This document shows positions 47,947 through 60,270 of a DNA stretch of 64,000 nucleotides, piece after piece. Origin of the DNA: Octopus sinensis (lineage: Eukaryota); the NCBI RefSeq assembly GCF_006345805.1, contig NC_043010.1, forward strand, positions 58,900,001-58,964,000, given 5' to 3'. A program made the translations under genes and the position numbers. How positions within the stretch are numbered: position 1 is the first letter of the stretch; each line of letters starts with the position of its first letter. The notes under the pieces were generated by a model. The model searched no databases. It was given only the letters and a program-made list of their open reading frames with translations, and was not told where the DNA came from.

Positions 47947-49510
47947 TCATCATCATTGTCTTTTAATGTCTGTTTTCCATGCTGGCATGGGTTGGATAGC
48001 TTGACTGAGAACTGGTGAGCCAGACGCTGCACCAGGCTCCGATCTGATCTGGCAAAGTTTCTACAGCTGAATGCCCTTCCTAACGCCAACCACTCCAAGA
48101 GTGTAGTGGGTGTTTTGACGTGCCACCAGCACAAGGGCTAGTCAGGAAGTTCTGGCAATGACCACGCTCAAAAGGTGTTTTTACGAGCTACCTGCATGGG
48201 GGCCAGTCTGGCAGCACTGGCAACAACCACGCTCAAATGTTGTTTTTCACGTGCCACCGGCACATGTGCCAGTAAGGCGACGATGGCAGTGATCACATTC
48301 AAATGGTGCTTTTCATGGGTCACCGGCTTGGGAGCCAATCCATGGCCCTGGCAACAATCACACTCGGATGTGCTTTCAACGTTCCACAGGCACGAGTGCC
48401 AATCAGGCAGTTCTGTCATCGGCCACGTCAGAAATTTTGATTTTGATTTCATTTGCCTCAATAGGTCTTCACAAGCAAGGTTTATTGTCCAATGAATGAG
48501 GGGTATTCATAAATGGGCTTGTTACACCCACTGGCATAGGCCATGGGTTATGGTCTCACTTGGTTTGTCGGGTCTTCTCAAGCACAGCATATCTCCAAAG
48601 GTCCCGGTCACTAGTCATTGCCTCGGTATGGCCCAATGTTTGAAGGTCGTGCTTTACCACCTCATCCCAGGTTTCCTGGGTCTACCTCTTCCACAGGTTC
48701 CTTCAACTGATAGGATGTGACACTTTTTCATACAGCTATCCTCATTCATTTGCAACACATGACCATACCAGTGCAGTCATCTCTCTTGCACACCACATCT
48801 AATGCTTCTTAGGTCCAACCTTTCTCTGTCGAGTATGCGCACTGACATTACACATCCAGCGGAGCATACTCGCTTCATTCCTTGCAAGCTTACGCATGTC
48901 CTCAGCAGTCACGGCCCATGTTTCACTGGCATGTAGCATGGCTTTTCACACACGTTTTTATTCTGAGTGAGATGCCCTTTGTCACCAACAGAGATAAGAA
49001 CTATCTGAACTTTGCTCAGACTATTCTTATTCTAGCAACAACAACACTCTCAGAGCATCCACCCCTGCTACTGACTTGGTCACCTAGGTAATGGAAGCTA
49101 TCAATTACTTCTAGTTTTTCTCCCTGGAATGTGGCAGAAGTTGTTCTCTGCACATTTTCAGTGTTTATTGTTCCTGAGCATCTGCCACATAGAAAACCTA
49201 TCTTCCCAGTTAGCCTTCCTTTGATATTGCTGCACCTCTTATGTGTCCATAGCTTACACTGGGTACATCTTATAGAGTTTCTACCTATGCCTCTTCTACA
49301 GATTGAACAAGGCCATCTGCCTGAAGGGATTTGTGGTTTGTCTGCCTTCTTACTTATTAGGACTTTGGTTTTAACTAGGTTGACTCTAAGGCCCTTCGAT
49401 TCTAATCCTTGTTTCCACACCTGAAACTTTTCCTCTAGTTCTGTTAGTGACTCAGCAATTAGAGCAAGGTCATCAGCATAGAGGAGCTCCCAGGACCATC
49501 CAATGATAAA
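47947..49510 (-). mobile_element. RTE LINE, 5'-truncated: RT from YADD onward, PHD-like insert, long 3' UTR, (GAT) tail
   Basis: WELLYADDLALIAES...GLRVNLVKTKV, a C4HC3 finger, FHYLGDQV and GRGRPRK-type C-terminus. Confidence 0.92.
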
Positions 49511-49591
49511 TAACTTGTGCACATACATACTTATATATAGACACACACACACATATATATATATACGCATATATATATATACATGTATGTG

Positions 49592-50240
49592 TGGGCCTCA
49601 CCGAGGCAATGACTAGTGACCGGGACCTCTGGAAATATGCTGTGCTGCAGAAGACTCGACAAGCGCAAGTGTGACCATAACCTTGTGGCCTATGCTAGGG
49701 GGTAACCAGTCCACTTATGCATGCCTTTTCTTCATTGGACACTAAACTCTGCTTGTGAAGACCAGTTGAGGCAAGTGAAATCAAAGTCAAAATCAAACTC
49801 GGTGACTGGCATCCGTTGCTAATGGAGCACTAAGAGTACCATACGAGTGAGATCATTGCCAGAGCAACAAGCTGGCCTTCGTGCCGGTGACATGTTAAGC
49901 ATACTATTCGAGCGTGATTGTTACCGCATCGCCTTACTAGCACTTGTGCTGGTGGCACATGAAACAGTTGAGCGAGGACGTTGCCAGTGCCGCTGGACTG
50001 GCTCCTGTGCAGGTGGCACGTAAACAGCACCATTTGGACACAGCCGTTGCCAGTATCACCAAACTGGCCCTCATGCTGGTGGCACGTAAAAGCCCCCACT
50101 ACACTCTCGGAGTGGTTGGCGTTAGGAAGGGCATCCAGCTGTAGAAACTCTGCCAGATCAGATTGGAATGTGGTTTGCCAGACCTCAGTCAAATCGTCCA
50201 ACCCATGCTAGCATGGAAAGTGGACGTTAAAAGATGATAT
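49592..50240 (+). mobile_element. RTE family ORF end plus 3' UTR, opposite orientation to 47947-49510
   Basis: GGGCCTCACCGAGGCAATGACTAGTGACCGGGAC start and CCAACCCATGCTAGCATGGAAAG...GATGAT end. Confidence 0.88.
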
Positions 50241-50241
50241 A

Positions 50242-50273
<32 letters not shown>

Positions 50274-50989
50274 ACTGATGAAAGGTCGTTCTTTGTGTTG
50301 CTTGTCTTGTTTTCCGTTTGTTTCTTTCGTTGCTCACAAAAATAAGTTCATATTCCATGTCCTCATGCTTTGTATTTTTTGTTGTTTATGTTTTGTGACG
50401 TCCTGTGCCCACATATGCACATACGTATACATATACATGTAAATATGTACGTATACATTTGTATGTATGGATATATATATAATATTTATATTATTATATG
50501 ACTGAATGCCATACATCCTTTTCTAAGTAAATTTTATCTATATATATATATATATATCATCATCATCATCATCATCGTTTATGATGATGATGATGATGAT
50601 GATATATATATATATATATACACACACACATACACAGAATCTTAAAAGAGACCTAGTAATAGTGTCATGCTGTAGAGACATAATACTTTGACGGATTTAT
50701 ATAATGTGTCATGTCTCCCCAAGCAACCTTTCAGGCTCAGTGCCTACTGTTAGACCTATAAGAAAACCAGGACGCTGGTCTGTGAGAAAATACAAGAAAA
50801 AAAAATTAGAAGAAAAATGTGAAGACAATTTTAGGAACTAGAAGAAAGAAAAGAAAAGTAAGAAGCCAAGACCTTTGTCCCCTTTTTCTGTAGAAAACAT
50901 AATTAATGTAGCTGGTATAACATAACAGAAAAGAGGTTAAAGTCTGTGGAGATAGCTATTCACAGTTTCATAGAGCTGTTGCCCCAATA

Positions 50990-51425
50990 TGAAGGACATT
51001 ATCACTCGCAATTCACACCAAGAGCCTACTCCCAGTTGTAATTGCCGAGACCCTGAAACTTGCCTGCTTGTTCGATAAACTCATTTGTTTATAAACCGAA
51101 GTTAGAGTAGTACTCCAACAGAATTGAGATGAAAAATTACATCGGTTAATGCAAAGGCAATTTTAAAAGCAAATCACCAAAATAAGGCCACTCAGTTGGC
51201 TAGCCATGTAGGGGATCTGAAGAACAAATGCACACCACACACAATCAGGTAGAGAGTCATGGAAAAATCTACGCCATATATAAATGGATCAATGAAATGC
51301 AAGTTATGCATAGCTGAAAGATGGCACATTCTTTTTAGAACCAAGAATTCCACCACACCGTTTAATTGCAGATACGAAATTTATAGCGAATACAAACACA
51401 TGGACAAATTTCTTTCATCGAACTG
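50990..51425 (+). mobile_element. Penelope-like element GIY-YIG C-terminal fragment
   Basis: Frameshifted translation CNCRDPETC...KATQLASHV.DLK...KSTPYINGSMKCKLCIAERWHIL...FNCRYEIYSEYKHMDKFL matches the PLE endonuclease C-terminal pattern. Confidence 0.75.
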
Positions 51426-51905
51426 AAGGACTTTTCAGGATTGAGAAGCTATCTCACAAACTCTGGCCTCCTCTATGTCTTATTATTCTACAGCTGATAG
51501 ATTAATTGATTTCTACAGACAAAGGGAACGAAGATCTTGATTTTCTTTTCTTTCTTCTCATTCCACTTTCTGGATCAAGTTATACAGGCAGCTGCTCTTA
51601 CTAGCAATGCCAATGACACAAATGTAACAGAAGCAGTTGAGAAAGTTCTTGAGGCTCATTTTCTACAGAAAGATCCAAAATACAATATAGAAATGGCCTT
51701 GCAATTTAATGCCGAAAATTCCAAGCCTTTCACTCTCAGCCAGTTTGTGCTAACATGCCACAACAAAGATACTTTGGATCAAAAAATAAAAGCAGCAAAC
51801 CCAGAGTCAAACACAATACGTGACTGGGAATTGATATGAGCAACGATACATTGCGTCATGGTGCATATCACCTAGATGGTGCCAATATGTAGGCCAACGA
51901 TAGAA

Positions 51906-52002
51906 ACACAGTGAAGTGAAAAGTGGAGGGAAAGTGAGTAAGAAGAGAAGGCACTTACTCACTTTCACTCCACTTTTCACTCCACTTTTCACTTCACTGT
52001 GT
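51906..52002. other. Long hairpin (37-nt arm, 11-nt loop, 49-nt arm containing a 12-nt duplication)
   Basis: ACACAGTGAAGTGAAAAGTGGAG.GAAAGTGAGTAAG pairs with CTTACTCACTTTC-ACTCCACTTTTC x2-ACTTCACTGTGT. Confidence 0.85.
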
Positions 52003-52565
52003 CCCTGTCATTTTTTCTCACCCCCTCCTTAATTCTTCTGTCCCTCTGCTTCTACTTCTCTCTCTTCCCATGTGACCACCAGTCAGCCTAGCCTGTTCTT
52101 TCTTTCTTGGTCTGACTGCCATCCGTGCAATATCGATATTCTTCCCTGTGTTTGCGATATTTTTGTATCTCTACTGTAAGGCTTCATTTCCACACGTGCA
52201 AGCTTAATTCAATTCATCCTTAGTCGAAAGACACCTGTTGTTATGTCCTATTATTCTTATTGCATTTTTTTTTTGCATTTATATTTGTGTAACATTGTCC
52301 GTTTTTTCCGTCCTTGTTTTTGTATACATTTGCTGTTTTCTTCCAAGGAATCTAATGCTCTTAGCTTAGTTTTTCCTTGGGGCTGGCCAGATTGGAGCAA
52401 TCTCAAGTATAATCAAGTATAATCAGGATGATCTGGTGCTTGACTGAGGAAAGGAATCTTTGAATGATCTCTCCTTGTTTTCTTTGTATTGTCTATCTGG
52501 ATGTTTTGTTGTCCCTTTTTGTATCACCTAGCTATCCGGATGTTTTGTGTTCTTGTCCCATTTTG

Positions 52566-52629
<64 letters not shown>

Positions 52630-52685
52630 GCTTACGTACACTTTGGTCTTTCTCTCTCTCACTCTCTTACTCTCTCTCTCTCACC

Positions 52686-52737
<52 letters not shown>

Positions 52738-52738
<1 letters not shown>

Positions 52739-53880
52739 AGGGCTGATCTATAAGTATCCAGACTAATGCTATAAATACAAAACTACAACACATACCAATT
52801 TGGTATTTAATCTCCTTCAAAGAAGTCCCCTTTGAAAGTCACACACTTAATCCAGTGCTGTTTCCATTGATGGCAGCATTCCTAGAACTCTTTTTCTGGG
52901 ATAATCAACAGCTGCCATGTTGCATTCACTTTGATTTCCTTAAGGACCTGAAATCTTCCTTTCAAGTCGAATTTGAATTTTTGGAAAGAAGATAATGTCG
53001 CAAGGGGCAAGATCTGGGGAATATGGTAGTTGTCAGTCCTGGGGAATGTTGTGCCTGGCCAAAAACTACTGCACAAGCTGCACTGAATGGGCAGGTGCAT
53101 TGTCATGGTGCAATTGCTACTCACCGAACACCTGCAGTTGTGGCCTTTTCCGACAAACAGCATCCCGCAAACGCCACAAAACATCACAGTAGAACTCCTT
53201 GTTTACTGTCTGACCAGGTGGAACATACTCTTGATGAACAAACCCCTTGTAGCTGAAGAAAATGGTTAACAGTGTCTTCACATTGCTCCGGTCTTGGAGA
53301 GATTAGGGTCTTCCACTGCCAAGTCTGAACCTGTGTTTCGGGGTCATAACCATAGACCCATGATTCATCAACCATTATAACCTTTTTCAAAAAGTTTTCA
53401 TTGTTCCCAACACAATCAAGCAGATCTTGTGCAACTTAAACCCTTGTGTCTTTTTGGTCAACTGAAAGCAGTTTTGGCACAAACTTGGTAGACACACGTC
53501 TTTTACTCAAATCTTCAGTGATAATAGACTGAACTGAACTGTAACTAATCTCCACATCCTCTGATAACTCACGGATGGTGATTCTATGATTTCTTTTCAC
53601 AGCTGCATGCACATCTGCAATGTTTTCCTCAATTCTGCTGGTTGTGTGTCTCCCAGAACGTTCATCAATATCGACATTTTTTTGGCCATCTTGGAAACGT
53701 CTGAACTTGTGTGCAGCTCATACACTCCTCTTCATACACTTTCTGCAACTTTGTGTAGGCGTCTGAGCAGGTATCGTCAAGCTTTTGGCAAAATTTGATG
53801 CAGATTCTCTGCTCAGCTTTTTCTGTCATGGTCAACTCAACGATCACATGCTACACATCTTCCTTCCAAGCACTGCTGTA
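52738..53880 (-). mobile_element. Degenerate mariner transposon (5' TIR not seen)
   Basis: MTEKAEQRICIKFCQKL, DESWVYGYDPETQVQTWQW and DNYHIPQILPLATLS..F.FDLKGRFQVLKEIK; one TIR-like end GAGGGCTGATCTATAAGTATCCAGACT. Confidence 0.88.
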
Positions 53881-53984
53881 AACAGAATGTTAAGAGTTAG
53901 TGCACAGCCACAGCAGAGTTTAAGGTCAATCTGTGCCAAGCGCCTTCACTCTGCATGCTTTAGCTTCATTACTATGGCCACAGT

Positions 53985-54286
53985 TCGGAACATGGCCGAT
54001 GCCAGCACTGCCTGACTGGCTTCTGTGCCAGTGGTATGTAAAAAACACCAACCAATCATGGCCGTTGCCAGCCTCCCCTGGCCCCTGTGCCAGTGGCACG
54101 TAAAAAGCACCCACTACACTCATGCAGTGGTTGGCGTTAAGAAGGGCATCCAGCTGTAGAAACACTGACAGATCAGACTGGAGCCTGGTGCAGCCTCCTG
54201 GCTTCCCAGACCCCGGTCAAACCATCCAACCCATGCTAGCATGGAAAACAGACGTTAAACGACAATGACGACGATGATGATGATGA

Positions 54287-54292
<6 letters not shown>
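53985..54292 (+). mobile_element. RTE family 3' terminus with (GAC/GAT)n tail running into (TA)n
   Basis: Same terminus as the other copies. Confidence 0.85.
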
Positions 54293-54326
<34 letters not shown>

Positions 54327-55299
54327 TTTTATTATTTTACTTGTTTCAGTCATTTGACTGCGGTCATACACACACACATATCAGAGTTTGTATGATTGTG
54401 GATAGAAGAATATACCAATCAATGAAATTCCATCTTAGTCTGATTTTCACATTTCATTATCTGCGACTTTTACAATTTTACAATATTGAAATAAACTAGT
54501 TCTTTCATGCGTTATGCAGTCCTCAGATTTATGTAGGAACAGACGTGTTCCACAGTTGACAGCTGTTGTCAATTGGAAATTCATTGTTGGAATTTCATTG
54601 AATAATATATATATTCTGCAAAAATTACATCAGAAAACATCATTCTGATTACCATGTGTTTCAAAGTTTACAGAATCATTTATAGAAGAATTAGTACTCA
54701 AAAGCCCCAAAGAGATTGAAACTGACTTCTCTTCCTTCTTTTCACCAACGGAAATAAAAACCTGATGAGTAGACAGAAGGAAGTCATCGATTATGATGGG
54801 AATTATAAACGGGATTAAATTTAAATGAAATGTAAAATTAGATCACTTTTCTCCCTTACCCAAAATTTGGATGTTACTTATGGGATGACTTTATGCATTA
54901 GAAAGAGAGATGGACAAGTAACACATGTGGGATCACTTCAGAGCATGTAAGTTATAATTCAAGCATAATTGCAGAGTATTTATAGTAAATAAGGGATCAA
55001 GAAATTATATGTAAAGTTTCTTAGGGTTGTTTCTAGAATAGCTGAGCATAGGGATCATATGTCATTGAGCAAAGCTTTCCATGTGAGCCAACTGTTCCGT
55101 CTTTGGAGAGAAAGAATTAAGGAATATCTTTGATAAAGGATATTAGTGGTTACCAGTTCATCGAAGAATTAAAGAACATACTCAGTGAAAGATAAGGGTG
55201 GTTAGAGGATTAAGGAAATCTTTAGTGAAAGACAATAGCAGTTCGTAGTTCCCTATTTGAAGAATCAAGGAATATTCTTAGTAAAAGATAAAAGAAGTT

Positions 55300-56311
55300 C
55301 CTAGTTCCGTCTTTGAAGAGAAAGTTGACACATATCACAGGAAACTATGTAAATCTCAAAAAAGAACTTGCTGAAGAATATGGTGCAGAAATAAGTCAGC
55401 AGCTTAAATGATGAGTTCATTTCCTATCTGATACCCTGCATAATGGAATCCTTGAGGCACATGCTCATAACACCCCACATGAGGTGAGAAAAGAAGTTGA
55501 AGATTCCATGTTTATTGATGTTACATGTGATTGCTCTGGCATGGAACAAGAATCAATTATTGTCGTTTTATTTCTGAAAACCAGGATGTCCACAGAGATT
55601 TCCTCAGCTTTGATGACCCTCCTGACCACACCTTGGACACACTGACTAAGGCTATTCTGGATGTTTTTGGTTGCCTAAACATTTCTCTGGACTCAAAATT
55701 ATGCTGCTTCTGTCTTTGATGGTGCAGGTACCATGAGCGGAAACATTCCAGGCACACAAAAGAGATTAAAAGATATGTTTTCTGGTACATATTTTGTACA
55801 CTGCAGAAACCACTCTCTGGGTTTTGTCCTCCAAGAAGCTGGATGTACGATTGCCCTGGCCACTGATGCATTGAGCTCTGTTCACCAAAACACCATTCTT
55901 CTGAAAGCGTTACAGACCAGTCTTTGTGATGAGAATGTCATCATGTTGCAAGCCTGTGTCTGTTGCATTAAGTGAGAGAATGTTCAGCACACTTCACTGT
56001 TTGAAGACCTCACTCCATACCACAATGACGCAACACCGTCTGACACACTGGGCTGTAATGCATGGACACAAAAACTTGTGGAATGGAAACACTTTTCACA
56101 TCCTCTGGGAAAACTTCATCACCAAAACGACCCAGTTTGGAAAAATTTGGGGAATGATTTGAAGCATTGCTTTGCCATATAGAATATTATTATGATATTA
56201 ATTATACCTGTTTGTTTCGATATTAAGACTGGAAAAAAATCGGCCTTGTTTGTAAAAACAATTAGACCTGAGTTTGCACTCCACTAAGCAAATTTCATTC
56301 CCGGACTACTG
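55300..56311 (+). mobile_element. Internally deleted hAT transposon relic
   Basis: DGAGTMSGNIPGTQKRL...YFVHCRNHSL (hAT core) and LKTSLHTTMTQHRLTHWAVMH (dimerisation domain); ends ...CCCGGACTACTG. Confidence 0.8.
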
Positions 56312-56859
56312 TATGTATGTGTGTGTGTATGCGTGAGTGTGCGCGTGCATGCATGCATGTGTGTGTGTGTGAGCACTCGCACGTGTGTGTTCAGATAGTT
56401 TGTTATTGACTCACATGGTCACTACACTGTTCTGTAATCAAGAAACAAAGTGTCCAATAAATCCGATGTCCAGAATGTGTGAAGCTTTGGCTAGGTTTGG
56501 CTTCAGAAGTGGTTTCTTATTGACTGCTGGCAAACTACATTCCAAAAACGTAAGTATAACACATCCATGTTTTAAATTTGTATTTGATCATAAGTTTTTG
56601 TATTTCCATTTTCTTCTAGAAAGTATTTTTCCAAGATGCATTTAATTATGATAACTAAGTTCTCAATCGGGAGCATCATACAGACGTTCCTAAATTTTGC
56701 CTTTCTGGAGTCCCAAGTATACAGAACTATTTTTGATCCACCCGATGGCATCCAACGAACTGTACATATCTTACCAACAACTACAATGAACAATATAAAC
56801 AACAGCTGCATTCATGGTCCAACAATCTGACCTCCCAGTGACTTACACACCATTCTCCA

Positions 56860-57750
56860 ACATTTTCCTCCTGCCACATCCAGTGACAACCTTTGTCCGA
56901 TAACCCTAAATACATAACCAAAGAAGTCACATGACTCCACGACAATGAATCATCAGATGAAAAGAGGAGCATTTTCCTCAGCAGAAACCAGGCATGGATA
57001 TGTTAGTACCATTGATCATCAAAACAGTCTATCATGACCCAATATCCAGATTGCTAACTCCCACTTCGAAGGGTATGTGTTTGTAATCCAGGAACAAGAA
57101 ATGTCAACCAAATACCTGATGCACAAAAGGGCAAGAAATGCAGGAAAAGCAGCAAAATGTGATAACCAATGCAGATGTTGTGGAGTTAACACCAAAGATA
57201 TCGCCCATATGATAAGCCGATGTCTGAAAATGTCATCACAGTATTATCTACTGATGAGACATGATGTTTTAGCTAGGACACTCTGTAATGAAATCCATCA
57301 AAAGGATAACCCCAAAGACAAAGAAATAAGAGCCCACAGTATGGTAAAGCCATAGCCACCTATAAAAAAGGAGTACTGGTGGAATGTCCCAGTGAATACC
57401 TCAATAAAATGTAAGCACAACAGACCTGATATAATGATTTGCAATAGAGAAGAGAAACTGTGTACAGTTGTGGAAATCAGCTGCTCAGGGGATGTTAACA
57501 TAAAACTGAAGATCAATGAAAAAGAGAACACCTATGCTGAACTATTGAGAAATCTGCAGTTACTCTATCCAGATTACAAGTTTGGGTTTATACCTGAAAT
57601 TATTGGGGCCCTGGGATATGTAACACGTTGCCTAAATACCAATCTTGAGAAATTAGGCTTCTCAAATCCAGAAAGGAGACTACAGATCCAATTCATCACT
57701 GGAACTGTAAAAATCTGTAAAACTTTCCAGAAGTTTATCATTTAAATATA
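56860..57750 (+). mobile_element. R4/Dong-type element 3' part (CCHC plus RLE)
   Basis: FEGYVFVIQEQE...CRCCGVNTKDIAHMISRC...RHDVLA, then KHNRPDIMICNREEKLCTVVEISC...KENTYAEL...IIGALG. Confidence 0.9.
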
Positions 57751-57951
57751 TATGAACATGTCTAGATATGTAACTATATGCATGAGAATATATACATAAA
57801 ACAAAACATATAAATATGTACATATACATATACATATATACAAAACTACCCTGTTGTTGATGTTGAAATTCCAATAAAGGAGCTTTGGATCTAGGTTAGA
57901 AACCGGTTCTTTCTCTATTGGAAAAAAATCTTGAAATAGAACTGAATAATG

Positions 57952-58238
57952 ACATACATACATACATACATACATACATACATACATACATACATACATA
58001 CATACATACATACATACATACATACATACACACATACATACATACATACATACATACATACATACATACACACATACATACATACATACATACATACATA
58101 CATACATACATACATACACACATACATACATACATACATACATACATACATACATACACACATACATACATACATACATACATACACATACATACATACA
58201 TACATACATACATACATACATACATACATACATACATA
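57952..58238 (+). repeat. (TACA)n microsatellite
   Basis: Directly visible in the sequence. Confidence 0.97.
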
Positions 58239-59097
58239 CGGATGCAATAGAATTCCTGCTAGCTTAAGAAGAAACGGTGCTGGTTGTTATTTTGCTAGTT
58301 CAGGTGGTAGTGTAGATCGTATTTAAGGCTGTAGTATTGGTGACAGTGTTTTTGGTGGTGTTGCTGCTAGTCCTGGTTGTAGTATTAAGGGTAGAAACAG
58401 TTGTGGCATTGGTAGTAGTAGTAGTATTGGTACTGATAGATCTTGATATCCCTGTTTTCACAACAGTTAACATTTTAAAAGATATCTCAATGTAACAATT
58501 TGTAGGCCCAATTCTACCTACAAGTCCCCTCATTGCTTCACGTAACAATCCCTAATTTTAAGACAATACAGGGGTGTTATTGAGGGAGGCTTTGATGTTA
58601 CATAGTGCAGAGTTCAGGAATACACAACAGTTCCATCATCCTCTCATTTGGCCTTTCTTCTGAACTCAATGACATTTTTTATTTTATTCTATTTTGTTTT
58701 ATTATAATTTCTCTTGTTTTACCAAAATACTAGCAAGCTGCACCCTGAGTAATTACAGGATTTCCACCATCGGTGTGAAAATAGGACAGGAAAACCTTGA
58801 TTTATGAGTTCCTACCACCTAGGAGTTGACTAAATTCCACTATGAGTTGTCGGGTTGACTTAAGGCTCTGTTTAATATCACAGTATGTTGTAATGGCTTT
58901 TGGAATCCTGATATTGCAAAGAGATTGTCTTAATCACACAATCCACAGAGCAAAGATGAAAACTGCCCGAGAAAATTGCTGATTGTCCAATTGTCATTGT
59001 GACATTATATTTTATTTGGGGGTACTGAATAAATGGAGGGGTTAAATTTTATTTGAAGGGAAACTAAGGGGGTGAGCCAGCAGAATTATTATTATCT

Positions 59098-59495
59098 TAA
59101 GGCGGCAGAAACGTTAGCACGCCGGGCGAAATGCTTAGCTGTATTTCGTCTGCCGTTACGTTCTGAGTTCAAATTCCGCCGAGGTCGACTTTGTTTTTCA
59201 TCCTTTCGGGGTTGATAAATTAAGTACTATTTACGCACTGGAGTCGATGCAATCGACTTAATCCATTTGTCTGTCCTTGTTTGTCCCCTTTTCGTTTAGC
59301 CCCTTGTGGGCAATAAAGAAATAAAGAATTATTATTATCTTGCTGGAGAAAAGGTGACACAGCATTTCTTCTGACACAGAACCAGAAGGGGGTGGGGTCG
59401 ATAAAATAGGTACCAGTTACACACTGGGGTCCATATCACTGAATTACTCCTTTCCTTGATATTGCTGACCTTGTGCTGAAATTTGAAACTGATAT
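59098..59495 (+). mobile_element. GCCTTTCATCC-family SINE with intact head (59098-59330) plus a second partial copy (59385-59495)
   Basis: Head GGCGGCAGAAACGTTAGCACGCCGGGCGAAATG..., B box GAGTTCAAATTC, conserved body. Confidence 0.88.
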
Positions 59496-60142
59496 TTAGA
59501 GGGAAACCTTAAGGAACAGAGAAGTAATTATTAATCATGGGTTCTGTTTATTTTGTAACCTAAGTCCAGAGCTTCTGTTCTCGCAAATAGTCACACATAC
59601 CATGGGGTTGTGTGGATGTGTGTGTGGATGTGTGGACCTGTATTTATGTAACTCTGCATCTATTCAAAGGCATACATATCTTCATACATGTGTGTGTGCG
59701 CTTGTGTATTATCTCTCTGTATGTATGTATGTATGTATGTGTATGTATGTGTGTATGTATGTATGTGTGTATGCATGTGTGTGTATGTATGTATGTGTGT
59801 GTATGTATGTATGTGTGTGTGTATATATGCATTCGTGTCTGTATGTATATGTATGTATATGTATGTATGTGTGTGTATGTATGCACGTGTATGTATGTAA
59901 GTACATATATATGTATGTGTGTATGTTTGTACATTATTACCAACACTGGTGGTGGTGATGGCAATGGTGATGACGATGGAGATGATGACGACAATGGTGA
60001 TGATGATGATGATGATGATTTACTTTACAGTGTGGTTGAACCACTTTTCGCACCGTCCGCTTCTTTACCGCTGCTTTGTCTTCCCCCCCCCAACTCAACC
60101 ATTAACAAATATCAAATTATAATCACAAAACTAACAAAATGC

Positions 60143-60270
60143 ATCAGTAGCCTGGTGCGTGACCCAGTTGTTAGGGTGTTGGGCAAACGGTCAGAAAGCG
60201 ATGGGTTCAATACCTATACTGGGCACTGGGTTGTCTCCTTGAGCAAGGCATTTCATTACATGTTCCATTG
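60143..60270 (+). mobile_element. Short tRNA/CORE-like SINE fragment
   Basis: GGGTTCAATACC B-box-like motif followed by GTTGTCTCCTTGAGCAAGGCATTTCATT. Confidence 0.55.

Noticed and set aside
52440-52475. CTGAGGA-AAGG-AAT-CTTT-GAAT as a hammerhead relic
   Set aside because: GAAAC and stems I and III are not recoverable; too degenerate to claim.
58300-58548. Mucin-like Thr-rich ORF
   Set aside because: Explained by a decayed (GGT/AGT)n tract; no splice or homology support.
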